A stretch of 33,821 nt of DNA, taken from assembly GCA_030066715.1 (NCBI GenBank), contig JASJBC010000045.1, forward strand, positions 1-33,821, given 5' to 3'. Below the pieces are notes generated by a model. The model was given only the letters and a program-made list of their open reading frames with translations, was not told where the DNA came from and made no database searches. Positions 7,854-16,228 of this stretch are shown here, in pieces (position 1 is the first letter of the stretch; each line of letters begins with the position of its first letter). A program made the position numbers and the translations under genes. This DNA comes from Acidimicrobiia bacterium (GTDB lineage: Bacteria > Actinomycetota > Acidimicrobiia > Spongiisociales > UBA5794).

Positions 7854-9572
7854 CTATCGAGTGACCGGAATTGAGGGGAGGACGAGCCGGAAGACCGACT
7901 CTCCCTGCTCATACTCGTAGGTCAAATCCCCGTGCATGATCACGGCCAGCGACTTGGCGACGGTGAGGCCGAGACCGACGGATTCCGGCTGGCTCTGCAC
8001 GTCCTTCCGCGTTCGCGCATACGGCTGGAACATCGTGTCGCGTTGTCGAGACGGGATCGGAGGACCGTCGTCGCGGACTTCGACGACGGCACAGTCGCCG
8101 CTGCTGAAGGCAACGACACGCCGGCTGCCTCCGCCGTAGCGAACCGCATTGGTCGCAAGGTTGCGGATGACCTGCCGCACACGGCTCGGATCTGCGTAGG
8201 CCATCAGATCATCCTCGAGGTCCCAGCTGAACCCGTCATCCACCGTGGCGAGAGTTGTCGCCACCGTTTCCGCCAAATCGAAGGTGTGTGGCAGCACGGA
8301 GAGATTCCCGCCGGCGGCGCGGGCGGCGACCAGGAGGTCCTCCACGATGTCCGCCACGTCGTGGCTCTGTTCGGCCACGATGCCGAGCAACTCGTCACGC
8401 TCGGTCGCCGGGATGGAGGCGTCGGGCCGGGTGATCTCGTCGACGAGGCCGACGACGGCAGTCAACGGAGTGCGCAACTCGTGGCTCACGGTCGCGATGA
8501 ACTCGTCCTTGTAGCGAATCTGGTCGGCGAGGGCCAGCTCCGCCGTCTTCTGCGCCGTGATATCGGTGGAGATCAGGACGACCTTCCGTCGGTCTTCGCT
8601 CCCAGTGTTCCAGTTCATGACCTGGTGGTATGTGGCACCGTCGGCTTCGAAGGAGAGCTCAACCGAGCCCTGGCCACCCTCGAAGACGATGCGAGCCAGC
8701 ACGTCGGTGATGATCTGAGCATCGGCCCGTCGCATGGCCGTGACGTCCTCGCCGCCGCGGGCGAGAAAGAGGTCGCTGCCCGCCGTCTCGTTGAAGCCGA
8801 CCACGCGGATATGGGGGAGAAGGGTGATCGGGTCGATCTGCCCGCCTGCGATTCCTCTCTCGTAGTCGCGGAGAGTGCGGCAACCCTCGTCGAGGAGGAA
8901 GCTGCGCAACTCACGCAGGTCGAGCTCGACCACACCGACGGGGGCGGTTTCCATCAACCGCTCGTACTCAGCACGGCTTTGCTGGCCCGCGGTGCGGATC
9001 GCGATCGCAGCTGCAAAGGCCAACGTGGCAATGATCAGCGTTGTTGCTGTGTCGGTGAAGACCTGGGCCACCGAGTGGGTGACGGTCCAGCGCACGATGC
9101 TCACCGCGGCGACGAGCAGCATGACCCAGAATGCGGCCACCCTGGGCACCCATTTGCCTCCCAGGCTCAGGCCGAGCACGCCGGTCAGCGCAATGATCAC
9201 GGTGGGTGACGCATCGGTGAGCCGAACGAAGTCCTCGTCGATTGCACCGCCCACGATGGACACGAGGCCGGCGAGTGCGGCGATCACCAGGATGGTTCGC
9301 GGGTAGGCGCGGCGAGTCCGATCCATCCACAGCGCAAGCAGGGCCAGCAGCGTTGCCGCAACGAACTGCAGTCCCGACTCGGGAGTGCGGAGGCGGACCA
9401 GATCCATCAAGCCGATGAACGCAAGACATGCCGCGGCCAGCAGCAGCACGCGCACCATCCCGAGTTCGGCGCGGTCGGCAGTGCCCTGGAAGCCGCTGCC
9501 GACCCAGGTCTTGATCCGTGTCATCCATTCGGGCATATCGTTATCTATCGGCAATCTCGCCGTTAGGTACAC
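7854..9572 (-). CDS. Membrane-bound sensor histidine kinase (no cognate response regulator in window)
   Basis: 572 aa. N-terminal block of about 6 TM helices, then a central PAS-like region. HisKA H-box FIATVSHELRTPLTAVVGL. HATPase_c N/G1/G2 boxes (IRNLATNAVRYGG…DDGPPIP…GLGLTVAK). Confidence 0.8.
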   Translation of the reverse strand: MYLTARLPIDNDMPEWMTRIKTWVGSGFQGTADRAELGMVRVLLLAAACLAFIGLMDLVRLRTPESGLQFVAATLLALLALWMDRTRRAYPRTILVIAALAGLVSIVGGAIDEDFVRLTDASPTVIIALTGVLGLSLGGKWVPRVAAFWVMLLVAAVSIVRWTVTHSVAQVFTDTATTLIIATLAFAAAIAIRTAGQQSRAEYERLMETAPVGVVELDLRELRSFLLDEGCRTLRDYERGIAGGQIDPITLLPHIRVVGFNETAGSDLFLARGGEDVTAMRRADAQIITDVLARIVFEGGQGSVELSFEADGATYHQVMNWNTGSEDRRKVVLISTDITAQKTAELALADQIRYKDEFIATVSHELRTPLTAVVGLVDEITRPDASIPATERDELLGIVAEQSHDVADIVEDLLVAARAAGGNLSVLPHTFDLAETVATTLATVDDGFSWDLEDDLMAYADPSRVRQVIRNLATNAVRYGGGSRRVVAFSSGDCAVVEVRDDGPPIPSRQRDTMFQPYARTRKDVQSQPESVGLGLTVAKSLAVIMHGDLTYEYEQGESVFRLVLPSIPVTR

Positions 9573-9587
9573 CGATAAGTGCGGCGG

Positions 9588-10028
9588 TCAGGTGTCGGTT
9601 GTGGCGCAGTCGGGGCAGGTGCCGGTTATCGCAAAGTGCGTGGGGTCCACCTCGAATCCGGTGGTCTCCTGGAGCTGCGTGAGCCACTCGGAGAGGCCTG
9701 CCGCCGGCACTGCAGCGGTCGTTCCGCAGCGGTTGCAGACGACGTGCTGATGCGTTGCTTCAGACGCCAAGTGATAGACAGCCGCGCCATGCCCCAGATG
9801 ACTGTGGACGAGGAGGCCCGCCTCTTCGAGCGCGTCGAGGGTGCGGTAGACGGTCGATTGATCGGCACGTGCTGCCGGATCGGCTTGCACTTCTTCGAGT
9901 ATGGAAGCGGCGGTGAGGTGTTCGCTGTGCCGGCGCGCCACGATCGAGCAGACGGCACGGCGCGCCTCCGTGATCCGGAGACCCTGGTTGCGTAGGGCAT
10001 TGATGAGCGTCTCGGAGTCGATGTGCAT
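9588..10028 (-). CDS. Fur-family metalloregulator (Fur/Zur/Nur-like)
   Basis: 146 aa. N-terminal winged-helix DNA-binding region with LRITEARRAV. His-rich metal site HSHLGHG…HQHVVCNRCG, and a second CxxC (TGTCPDC) forming the structural Cys4 site. Classic Fur-family layout. Confidence 0.8.
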   Translation of the reverse strand: MHIDSETLINALRNQGLRITEARRAVCSIVARRHSEHLTAASILEEVQADPAARADQSTVYRTLDALEEAGLLVHSHLGHGAAVYHLASEATHQHVVCNRCGTTAAVPAAGLSEWLTQLQETTGFEVDPTHFAITGTCPDCATTDT

Positions 10029-10035
10029 CCGACGC

Positions 10036-11988
10036 CTACCGTAGGCGAGCCCGGCCCGGCATGAAGACCATGGTCAACGTCCGCCTCATGATTCTCGTGT
10101 CGAGCGCCATCGAGCGCTTTGCGACGTACTCCTCGTCGTAGCGGGTCCGCTCCGTCGCTGATATCTCATCCCGTCCCGATACTTGAGCCAGACCCGTCAC
10201 CCCTGGTTTCACGGTGAAGCGGATGCTGTCCCGGCCGATGATGTCGGCCTCGGCCGGCACCAGGGGACGGGGACCAACGAGGGACATGCGGCCGAGCAGA
10301 ACATCCCATAGGTTGGGAAGCTCATCGAGCGACAATCGGCGCAGCACCTTGCCCACCTTGGTGATCCTGGGGTCGTCGGCAATGCGAATGGTGGCGGTCT
10401 CGTTGTTCATCATCGCCTCTTCGAGCTGGGCCAGGTGCTGGGCAAAGAGCTCCTCGCCCCCGTCGGCGCGCATGGTACGGATCTTCAGCATGGCGAAGTT
10501 GCCTCCGTCCTTGCCCACTCGCTCCTGGCGGAAGAAGGCCGGTCCCGGCGAATCCAGCTTCACGGCGACGACGCAGACGACCAGGACGGGAAGAGAGAGC
10601 ACGAGCACGACGGCCGACACGGCGATGTCCACAGTGCGCTTGGCCAGCAGATATGCGGCGCCCGGAGCGCGGTCCGCCGCAGTTGGTCTGCTGATGGCTC
10701 CGATCGCGAGAGCTGCCAGCGCCACCGCCTCGCCGGCGATGAAGGACGTGGCCACACGCTGGAACGGATCACCGTTGGACAAGGCCAAGGCGATGACGGC
10801 AGCCGCAAGGCCGATCAGCCAGGAGATGCCGAGCACCCTGGGCTTGCCCTGGGCCACGAGAACCTGAGCAACGAACAGCCCCGACCCGGCGAGGACTACC
10901 CCGGCGGCGACGAGGGCGGCGGGCATCGCCTCGGGCCGGAACTCCGCTCCAAAGGCGACGTCCACAACCCAGGGCCCGACGAAGTAGCCGGCAAGGGAGC
11001 CGAGTACGGCCAGGCCGAGGCCGGCGAAGCCGATGCCGCGCGCCCATGCAGCAAGTTCCCTGCGCTCTTGGCGGGCGGCCATCTCGGTGAACGGCGGGAG
11101 GACGCGGGCAATGAGGTTGTAGCCGAAGGTGAGCGGGGCACGAAAGAGAGTGAACGTGGCGAAGACGACGCTGATCAGGGCCTGAGTGGCCCCGAGCATT
11201 GCCGCAACCACCGGACCGGCCAGCAGCAGTGCCTGCGACGCCGCCGAGGAGAGGACGAGGCCGCCGAGGAGCCCTTGGTCACCGACTGTCGCTGCGTCCT
11301 TCGCCGTTATGGCCTGCCGATCGACCGCAACTCTGCGGAACGGCCGCCACACCAAGGTGATGATCGGCCCGACAATGAGTGCGATCGCCAGCCCGGACGC
11401 CGAGGGACGCAGGGTGAGAACGAGGATCGCCACCAGCAGCCGCAGCAGGTTGGCGCCGCCGCTCGCATATCCGTACTCCCGGAAGCGTCTCCAGCCTGCC
11501 AGGTGACCACGTGCCGCCGCATAGCCGGCGTGCATCGCAACAGTCAACGCCGTGAAGGCGATGAACCGGCGGTCACCGTTGAGGAATCGATCGACACCGA
11601 GCCAGGCGAAGAGGGTTGCCGCAGCAACGGTGCCGCCGGCGAGCCACCAAGCCGTGCGAGGCAACCCGGAGCGCTCGGGATCGAGGGTGAGGCGCCGCAC
11701 CACGAGTTGCTCAACGGGCAAGAGGAACACAATGAAGGTGAGGAAGTGGATCGTCAGCAAGACGGACACGGGCGCAAACGCAGTTGCTCCCAAGGTCCGA
11801 CCGCCGATGATCTGGTAGGCATAGGCGGCAAGCCCGGCCAGGAGGCTGCCGGCCAGGATGTGTCCTGTGCCGTCCTCCGACAACCGCGCAAAACGGGTCC
11901 GGGTCGATCCGGCTTCCTGTTGGGGTATGGGATCCGAAGGGTCTTCCAGCATATCCAGTGTGACGGGCGCGTCGCCTGTCCACACCAT
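10036..11988 (-). CDS. Fusion protein: N-terminal polytopic flippase-like (MOP/Wzx-like) membrane domain plus C-terminal bacterial sugar transferase (Bac_transf, undecaprenyl-phosphate phosphoglycosyl transferase) domain
   Basis: 650 aa. Residues about 40-440 form roughly 10-12 TM helices, Gly/Ala-rich. Residues about 450-650 carry a single TM followed by the Bac_transf signature (…DELPNLWDVLLGRMSLVGPRP…KPGVTGLAQVSGR…). The PGT domain call is high confidence. The identity of the N-terminal domain (flippase-like) is inferred from topology only. Confidence 0.75.
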   Translation of the reverse strand: MVWTGDAPVTLDMLEDPSDPIPQQEAGSTRTRFARLSEDGTGHILAGSLLAGLAAYAYQIIGGRTLGATAFAPVSVLLTIHFLTFIVFLLPVEQLVVRRLTLDPERSGLPRTAWWLAGGTVAAATLFAWLGVDRFLNGDRRFIAFTALTVAMHAGYAAARGHLAGWRRFREYGYASGGANLLRLLVAILVLTLRPSASGLAIALIVGPIITLVWRPFRRVAVDRQAITAKDAATVGDQGLLGGLVLSSAASQALLLAGPVVAAMLGATQALISVVFATFTLFRAPLTFGYNLIARVLPPFTEMAARQERRELAAWARGIGFAGLGLAVLGSLAGYFVGPWVVDVAFGAEFRPEAMPAALVAAGVVLAGSGLFVAQVLVAQGKPRVLGISWLIGLAAAVIALALSNGDPFQRVATSFIAGEAVALAALAIGAISRPTAADRAPGAAYLLAKRTVDIAVSAVVLVLSLPVLVVCVVAVKLDSPGPAFFRQERVGKDGGNFAMLKIRTMRADGGEELFAQHLAQLEEAMMNNETATIRIADDPRITKVGKVLRRLSLDELPNLWDVLLGRMSLVGPRPLVPAEADIIGRDSIRFTVKPGVTGLAQVSGRDEISATERTRYDEEYVAKRSMALDTRIMRRTLTMVFMPGRARLR

Positions 11989-12013
11989 AACTACGTTGTC
12001 CTAGCATTAGCCG

Positions 12014-13453
12014 ATGCAGACAACCGGTAAGTTGGGGTCGCAGAAGCGTCCAGTCGGCGCTGCCCTTCTGTCCGCGGTTCTCCCCGGAGCCGGGCAGTGG
12101 TACGCAGGCCACCGTCGTCGCGCCTTGGTTCTTCTCGGCGTCGACCTCTTGCTCATCGTTCTGGCTGGGCTCGCCTACTTCAACCAGCTCGAGGTGGTCA
12201 AGGCTGCGTTCCGGCCGGATGTTCTCGTCGGGGCCATGCTGGGCAACATCGCACTTCTTGCCTTCCGGCTCTGGGCTGCGGACGACGCCTACCGGCTTGC
12301 CGCACAGTCGGGGCGCGGCCGGTTCACGCCTCTCGCCGGTGTCGTCCTCGGGCTACTCATCCTCGGCCCCCATCTGGTCGCCGGCTACTACGACATCGTG
12401 CATTACGACTTCATCACCACGACATTTGCCCAGGACGAGGTCACAACTACAACCACCACGACCACCACCACCTCTGCACCTGCCGGCGTTGCTTCCGGGA
12501 CCAGCGCCTCCAGCGGGTCGACGACGACTACAACCGAGGCCGTCGCAGTCGAGCCCGGGCCCGTCCTGTGGGACGGTCTGGAGCGCCTCAACATCGCTCT
12601 GCTCGGTGCCGACGCCGGGGTGGGCAGAAGATCCATCAGAACGGACACGATGATCGTCGTCAGCATCGATCCGGAAAGCGGCAATGTCGCTTTATTCAGC
12701 CTGCCGCGCAACATGGTGGAGGCGCCGCTGCCGGTGGAGATGGGCATCTGGGGCTGCGACTGCTTCCCCCGCATGCTCAACGACCTATATGTAGCGGGGA
12801 TCGAATCTCCTGAGGCCTTCCCGGGTCCGCAGGATCCGAGTGTCAACGCCATAAAGGGCGGGTTCGGCGAGATTCTCGGCATTCCGATCCACTATTACGC
12901 CATGGTGACGCTGGAGGGGTTCGTTGGCGTCATCGATGCCATCGGCGGGGTCACGATCGATGTTCCGTTCCGAATCGTCGACGAAACATACCCGCATGAG
13001 GATGGCGTCACGATCGAGTATGTCGAGATCGAGCCTGGCGTCCAGCAGCTCGACGGTCATCTCGCCTTGGCGTACTCGCGGGCCCGCCGCCACGCCGACG
13101 ACTACGCACGGATGGGGCGGCAGCGTTGTGTTCTGAACGCCATCCTCGAGGAAGCGGACCCAGTGGCTCTCGCCCTCGGCTACCCCGAGCTTGCCGGCGT
13201 TCTCGGCGACACCATGGAGACGGACATCCCGCTGAGCCGCATCCCCGATTTCATCGATCTCCTTCCCAAGATCGACCAGGAGAACATGATCTCGATCCGG
13301 TTCATTCCGCCGGATTACATCACGGCTTCAACATCGTCAGGGAACATCCCCGACGTTGATCTCATCCGGGAACACGTGCAGATCGTCATCAACTCGACTC
13401 CCGACGAGGCGCGCACCATCCTCGGGATCGATTCGCTCGACGACAACTGCTAG
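12014..13453 (+). CDS. LytR-CpsA-Psr (LCP) family cell-wall glycopolymer ligase, with N-terminal TM region and poly-Thr linker
   Basis: 479 aa. N-terminal 4 TM helices. A T10/Ser/Thr-rich linker. LCP core motifs LNIALLGADAG…RTDTMIVVSID (conserved Arg/Asp) and downstream GF.G.IDA.GGV. Divergent from the flippase-PGT gene, with only about 25 bp between the annotated starts. Confidence 0.8.
   Translation: MQTTGKLGSQKRPVGAALLSAVLPGAGQWYAGHRRRALVLLGVDLLLIVLAGLAYFNQLEVVKAAFRPDVLVGAMLGNIALLAFRLWAADDAYRLAAQSGRGRFTPLAGVVLGLLILGPHLVAGYYDIVHYDFITTTFAQDEVTTTTTTTTTTSAPAGVASGTSASSGSTTTTTEAVAVEPGPVLWDGLERLNIALLGADAGVGRRSIRTDTMIVVSIDPESGNVALFSLPRNMVEAPLPVEMGIWGCDCFPRMLNDLYVAGIESPEAFPGPQDPSVNAIKGGFGEILGIPIHYYAMVTLEGFVGVIDAIGGVTIDVPFRIVDETYPHEDGVTIEYVEIEPGVQQLDGHLALAYSRARRHADDYARMGRQRCVLNAILEEADPVALALGYPELAGVLGDTMETDIPLSRIPDFIDLLPKIDQENMISIRFIPPDYITASTSSGNIPDVDLIREHVQIVINSTPDEARTILGIDSLDDNC
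12443..12472 (+). repeat. Simple-sequence tract encoding poly-threonine (T10) inside the LCP gene
   Basis: aca act aca acc acc acg acc acc acc acc. It codes TTTTTTTTTT, followed by a Ser/Thr/Gly/Ala-rich linker that includes a second TTTTT run. Confidence 0.7.
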
Positions 13454-14724
13454 TCAGTCTCGGCGGGCTGCTCCGCAGGTCGGTGGGCGAGACCGGAGAG
13501 GATGTTCACGCCGGTGGCGTTCTCGATTTGCTCGGTGAGCTTGATGACGGAACCCGGAAGCTGGCTGAGCAGCCCGGGGATCTGCTGACTCCCGTTGCCC
13601 CCATCGATGACCGAGACCTTGTCGATGCTGACGGATTTGACCGTGCTGACGATCTTGTCGATCAGCTCCGGAAGCATGTTGAGGACGAAGATCTGCTCGG
13701 CCTCCGTGCCTGCGGCGTGGTACTGCTCGACCAGACGCCGGAACACCTCGATCTGCGCCTGGCCGTCCTCGATGATCGAGGCTGCCTCACCCTTGGCCTC
13801 GAGTTCCATTGCCTCGCGCCTGGCCCGGGCCGGGGCGATGACGTCGGCCTCGAGCCTGCGGTTCTGCAGCTCGATTCGGGCCGCTTCGAGCTCCTGTTCG
13901 GCCACGACCCTGGCTCGGTCGGCCTCGACCTTGGCCTCCTCTTCCTTGGCGGCGGCGATCTTCTCCAGCTCGGCGGTCCGTACCCGCAGCTCGTTTTGGC
14001 GTTCGACCACTGCGAGATCGGCTTGAACGCGGGCGATCTCGGCCCGTTTCCGGGCTTCGGCTTCCTCTTCTTCGGCTTCGGTATGCCGTTGCGCCTCAGC
14101 GATGCGCGCTTCCTTGAGCACGGCCGCCGTCTGGCGGCGCCCCACTGAGTCGAGATAACCGACCTCATCGGTCACGTTCTGGATCTTGAGCACGTCCAGT
14201 TCGAGCCCCAACGTCTTGATGTCGTCGTCGGCCTCTTCGATGAGAGTCTGCGCAAACTTGAGACGGTCCTCGTTGACCTCCTCCGGTGTCAGCGTTGCGA
14301 GCACACCACGCAGGTTCGCCTCGAGGGTCTCCTTGGCGAGCTGGGGGATGTACTCAGGAGGACGACCGAGGAAGCGCTCCACTGAGTTCTCGAGCAGCCC
14401 CTCACGGCTGGACAGCTTCACGTTGGCAATTCCCTGGACGTTGAGCGGGATCGCCCCTTTCGAGTAAGCGTTCGTGACCGCAACCTCGATTGCGATCGTG
14501 TTGAGATCCATGAACTGGACCTTTTCGATGATGGGCCAGCGCAGGGTCCGCCCCCCGCGCAGCACGCGGTAGCCGATGACGGTTCCGGCGGTGAGCTCTC
14601 TGGTGCGCCCGGTGATCACGGCGATCTGGTTTGGCGGGCAGATCACGATGAACGCTTTGACCGCGAGAGTTACGACGATGATCGCCAGGATTACTAGGCC
14701 GGCAATAGTGACGAGGATTTCCAT
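13450..14724 (-). CDS. Flotillin-like SPFH/Band-7 family protein (FloT/YqiK-like)
   Basis: Start chosen at ATG 14722-14724 (MEILVTIAGLVILAIIVV…), preceded by AAAGGAG RBS. The upstream extension in the six-frame ORF is rejected. N-terminal TM. SPFH domain. Long EA-rich coiled-coil (flotillin repeats: AEAQRHTEAEEEEAEARKRAE…). C-terminal flotillin tail. Confidence 0.8.
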   Translation of the reverse strand: MEILVTIAGLVILAIIVVTLAVKAFIVICPPNQIAVITGRTRELTAGTVIGYRVLRGGRTLRWPIIEKVQFMDLNTIAIEVAVTNAYSKGAIPLNVQGIANVKLSSREGLLENSVERFLGRPPEYIPQLAKETLEANLRGVLATLTPEEVNEDRLKFAQTLIEEADDDIKTLGLELDVLKIQNVTDEVGYLDSVGRRQTAAVLKEARIAEAQRHTEAEEEEAEARKRAEIARVQADLAVVERQNELRVRTAELEKIAAAKEEEAKVEADRARVVAEQELEAARIELQNRRLEADVIAPARARREAMELEAKGEAASIIEDGQAQIEVFRRLVEQYHAAGTEAEQIFVLNMLPELIDKIVSTVKSVSIDKVSVIDGGNGSQQIPGLLSQLPGSVIKLTEQIENATGVNILSGLAHRPAEQPAETD

Positions 14725-14758
14725 CCCGACTCCTTTTCCGGGCGGGTGCCCGGGTACT

Positions 14759-15334
14759 TCAGTCCAATTGATCCATGGGGGTGACGAGGGCGGAGCCGTT
14801 CTTGACTTCGACGATGACGACCGTGTCACCTACCGAATAGTCGTGCTCATGCCTCTCGTTGTACGGTGCGGCGACGAGGTAGAGGCGTTGACCGTCCACG
14901 TCGACCGAAACCTTGCCGCGTTTCCCGGCGACGATGGGGACGACGACCTGCGCCGCATTGCCTTCGATGTTGCTGTCCCTCAGCTGGCTGCTCACGCTCG
15001 TGGTCTTGAGATACTGCATCAAGCGAACGTTGATGAAGGCCGCGAAGACGCCGACAGCGATGGCGAAGCCGAGGGCGGCAGCGGTGCCGGCGTTGAGCCA
15101 GGTCAACAGGACTCCGGTGAGACCGAAGAATGCGGCGAGGAATACCAGCGACCGCAGCGAAAAGATCGCACCGAGCATCTGCAGTCCAGAGCTCGAGACG
15201 TCGAGACCGCCGTCGGCGTCGAGGTCGATATCGGCGTCCACACCGAAGTCCACGTCGAGGTCGGCCGCGGAGAAGAGGAAGACGGCCACGAGAATCCACC
15301 CAATGACCGCCGCGAAGACGAAGACGGTGAACAT
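14759..15334 (-). CDS. NfeD-like membrane protein (YqiJ/YuaF-type partner of flotillin)
   Basis: 191 aa. N-terminal TM helices. Acidic DLDVDFGVDADIDLDADGG segment. C-terminal OB-fold-like beta region (GDTVVIVEVKNGSALV). Located directly upstream of the flotillin gene, the conserved nfeD-floT operon arrangement. Confidence 0.7.
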   Translation of the reverse strand: MFTVFVFAAVIGWILVAVFLFSAADLDVDFGVDADIDLDADGGLDVSSSGLQMLGAIFSLRSLVFLAAFFGLTGVLLTWLNAGTAAALGFAIAVGVFAAFINVRLMQYLKTTSVSSQLRDSNIEGNAAQVVVPIVAGKRGKVSVDVDGQRLYLVAAPYNERHEHDYSVGDTVVIVEVKNGSALVTPMDQLD

Positions 15335-15451
15335 TGCGGCAGCTCCGTTTCAGATCGGCCCTTTTCCGTATTCTACAAAGCAGAAGGTTTACGTTTTAGG
15401 GTCGATCGGCAGATTCGCGGCGGGTGCCCGAGGGACCTGGAGGAGTAGATC

Positions 15452-16228
15452 GTGGAGACTGGACTGGCCGGAAAAGGGGTTCTAGTCACCGGAGGTGCCG
15501 GTGGTATCGGCTCCGCAGTTGTGCGCGCTTTTGCGGCTGAGGGGGCAAGAGTCGCAGTTCACTACAACACGTCGGAGAAGGCAGCAGAGGCGCTTGCTGC
15601 GGAGGTCGCCGGTGTCGCCATCGGGGCCGATCTGCGCAACGAAGCCGATGCCGACGTGCTGGTACCGAAGGCCGTCGCTGCGTTGGGACGTCTCGACGTC
15701 TGTGTTGCCAACGCCGGGCGGTGGCCGCAGCAGGACGAGCCGATCTGGAGGCTATCTCTCGAGAGGTGGAACGAGACTCTGGCCGCCAACCTCACGTCCA
15801 CGTTTCTCACCGCCCGGGGGTTCCTGGAGCATGTGGCGATGACCGGTTCGGGATCGCTCGTCATGATCGCCTCCACTGCCGGCACCTTTGGTGAAGCCGG
15901 CCATGCCGACTACGCCGCAGCCAAGGGCGCGATATCGAGCGGCCTGCTGATGAGCGCAAAGAACGAAGCCGCTCGAATCGGGCCGGGAGTCCGGGTCAAC
16001 GTCGTCGCTCCCGGCTGGACCGTCACCCCGGCCGTGATGGCCCGTGGCCTCAGCGAGGATCACTTCGATCGGGCAACGGCAACGATGTCGCTCAAGAAGC
16101 TGGGCCGGCCCGAGGATGTCGCCGCTCAGGTCGTCGTGCTTGCCTCGGACGAACTCTCCGGCCACATCTCGGGTGAGGTAATCACCGTCGCAGGAGGGAT
16201 GGAAGGACGCCTGATCGACGGCGCTTAA
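15452..16228 (+). CDS. Short-chain dehydrogenase/reductase (SDR) family oxidoreductase
   Basis: Rossmann motif VLVTGGAGGIGSAV. NAG motif VANAG. Catalytic S…YAAAKGA (YxxxK). 258 aa. Confidence 0.85.
   Translation: METGLAGKGVLVTGGAGGIGSAVVRAFAAEGARVAVHYNTSEKAAEALAAEVAGVAIGADLRNEADADVLVPKAVAALGRLDVCVANAGRWPQQDEPIWRLSLERWNETLAANLTSTFLTARGFLEHVAMTGSGSLVMIASTAGTFGEAGHADYAAAKGAISSGLLMSAKNEAARIGPGVRVNVVAPGWTVTPAVMARGLSEDHFDRATATMSLKKLGRPEDVAAQVVVLASDELSGHISGEVITVAGGMEGRLIDGA

Noticed and set aside
13700-14150. EA/ER-rich repetitive region inside the flotillin gene, seen as possible tandem DNA repeats
   Set aside because: It is the natural Glu/Ala coiled-coil (flotillin repeat) region of SPFH-flotillin proteins, not an independent repeat element.
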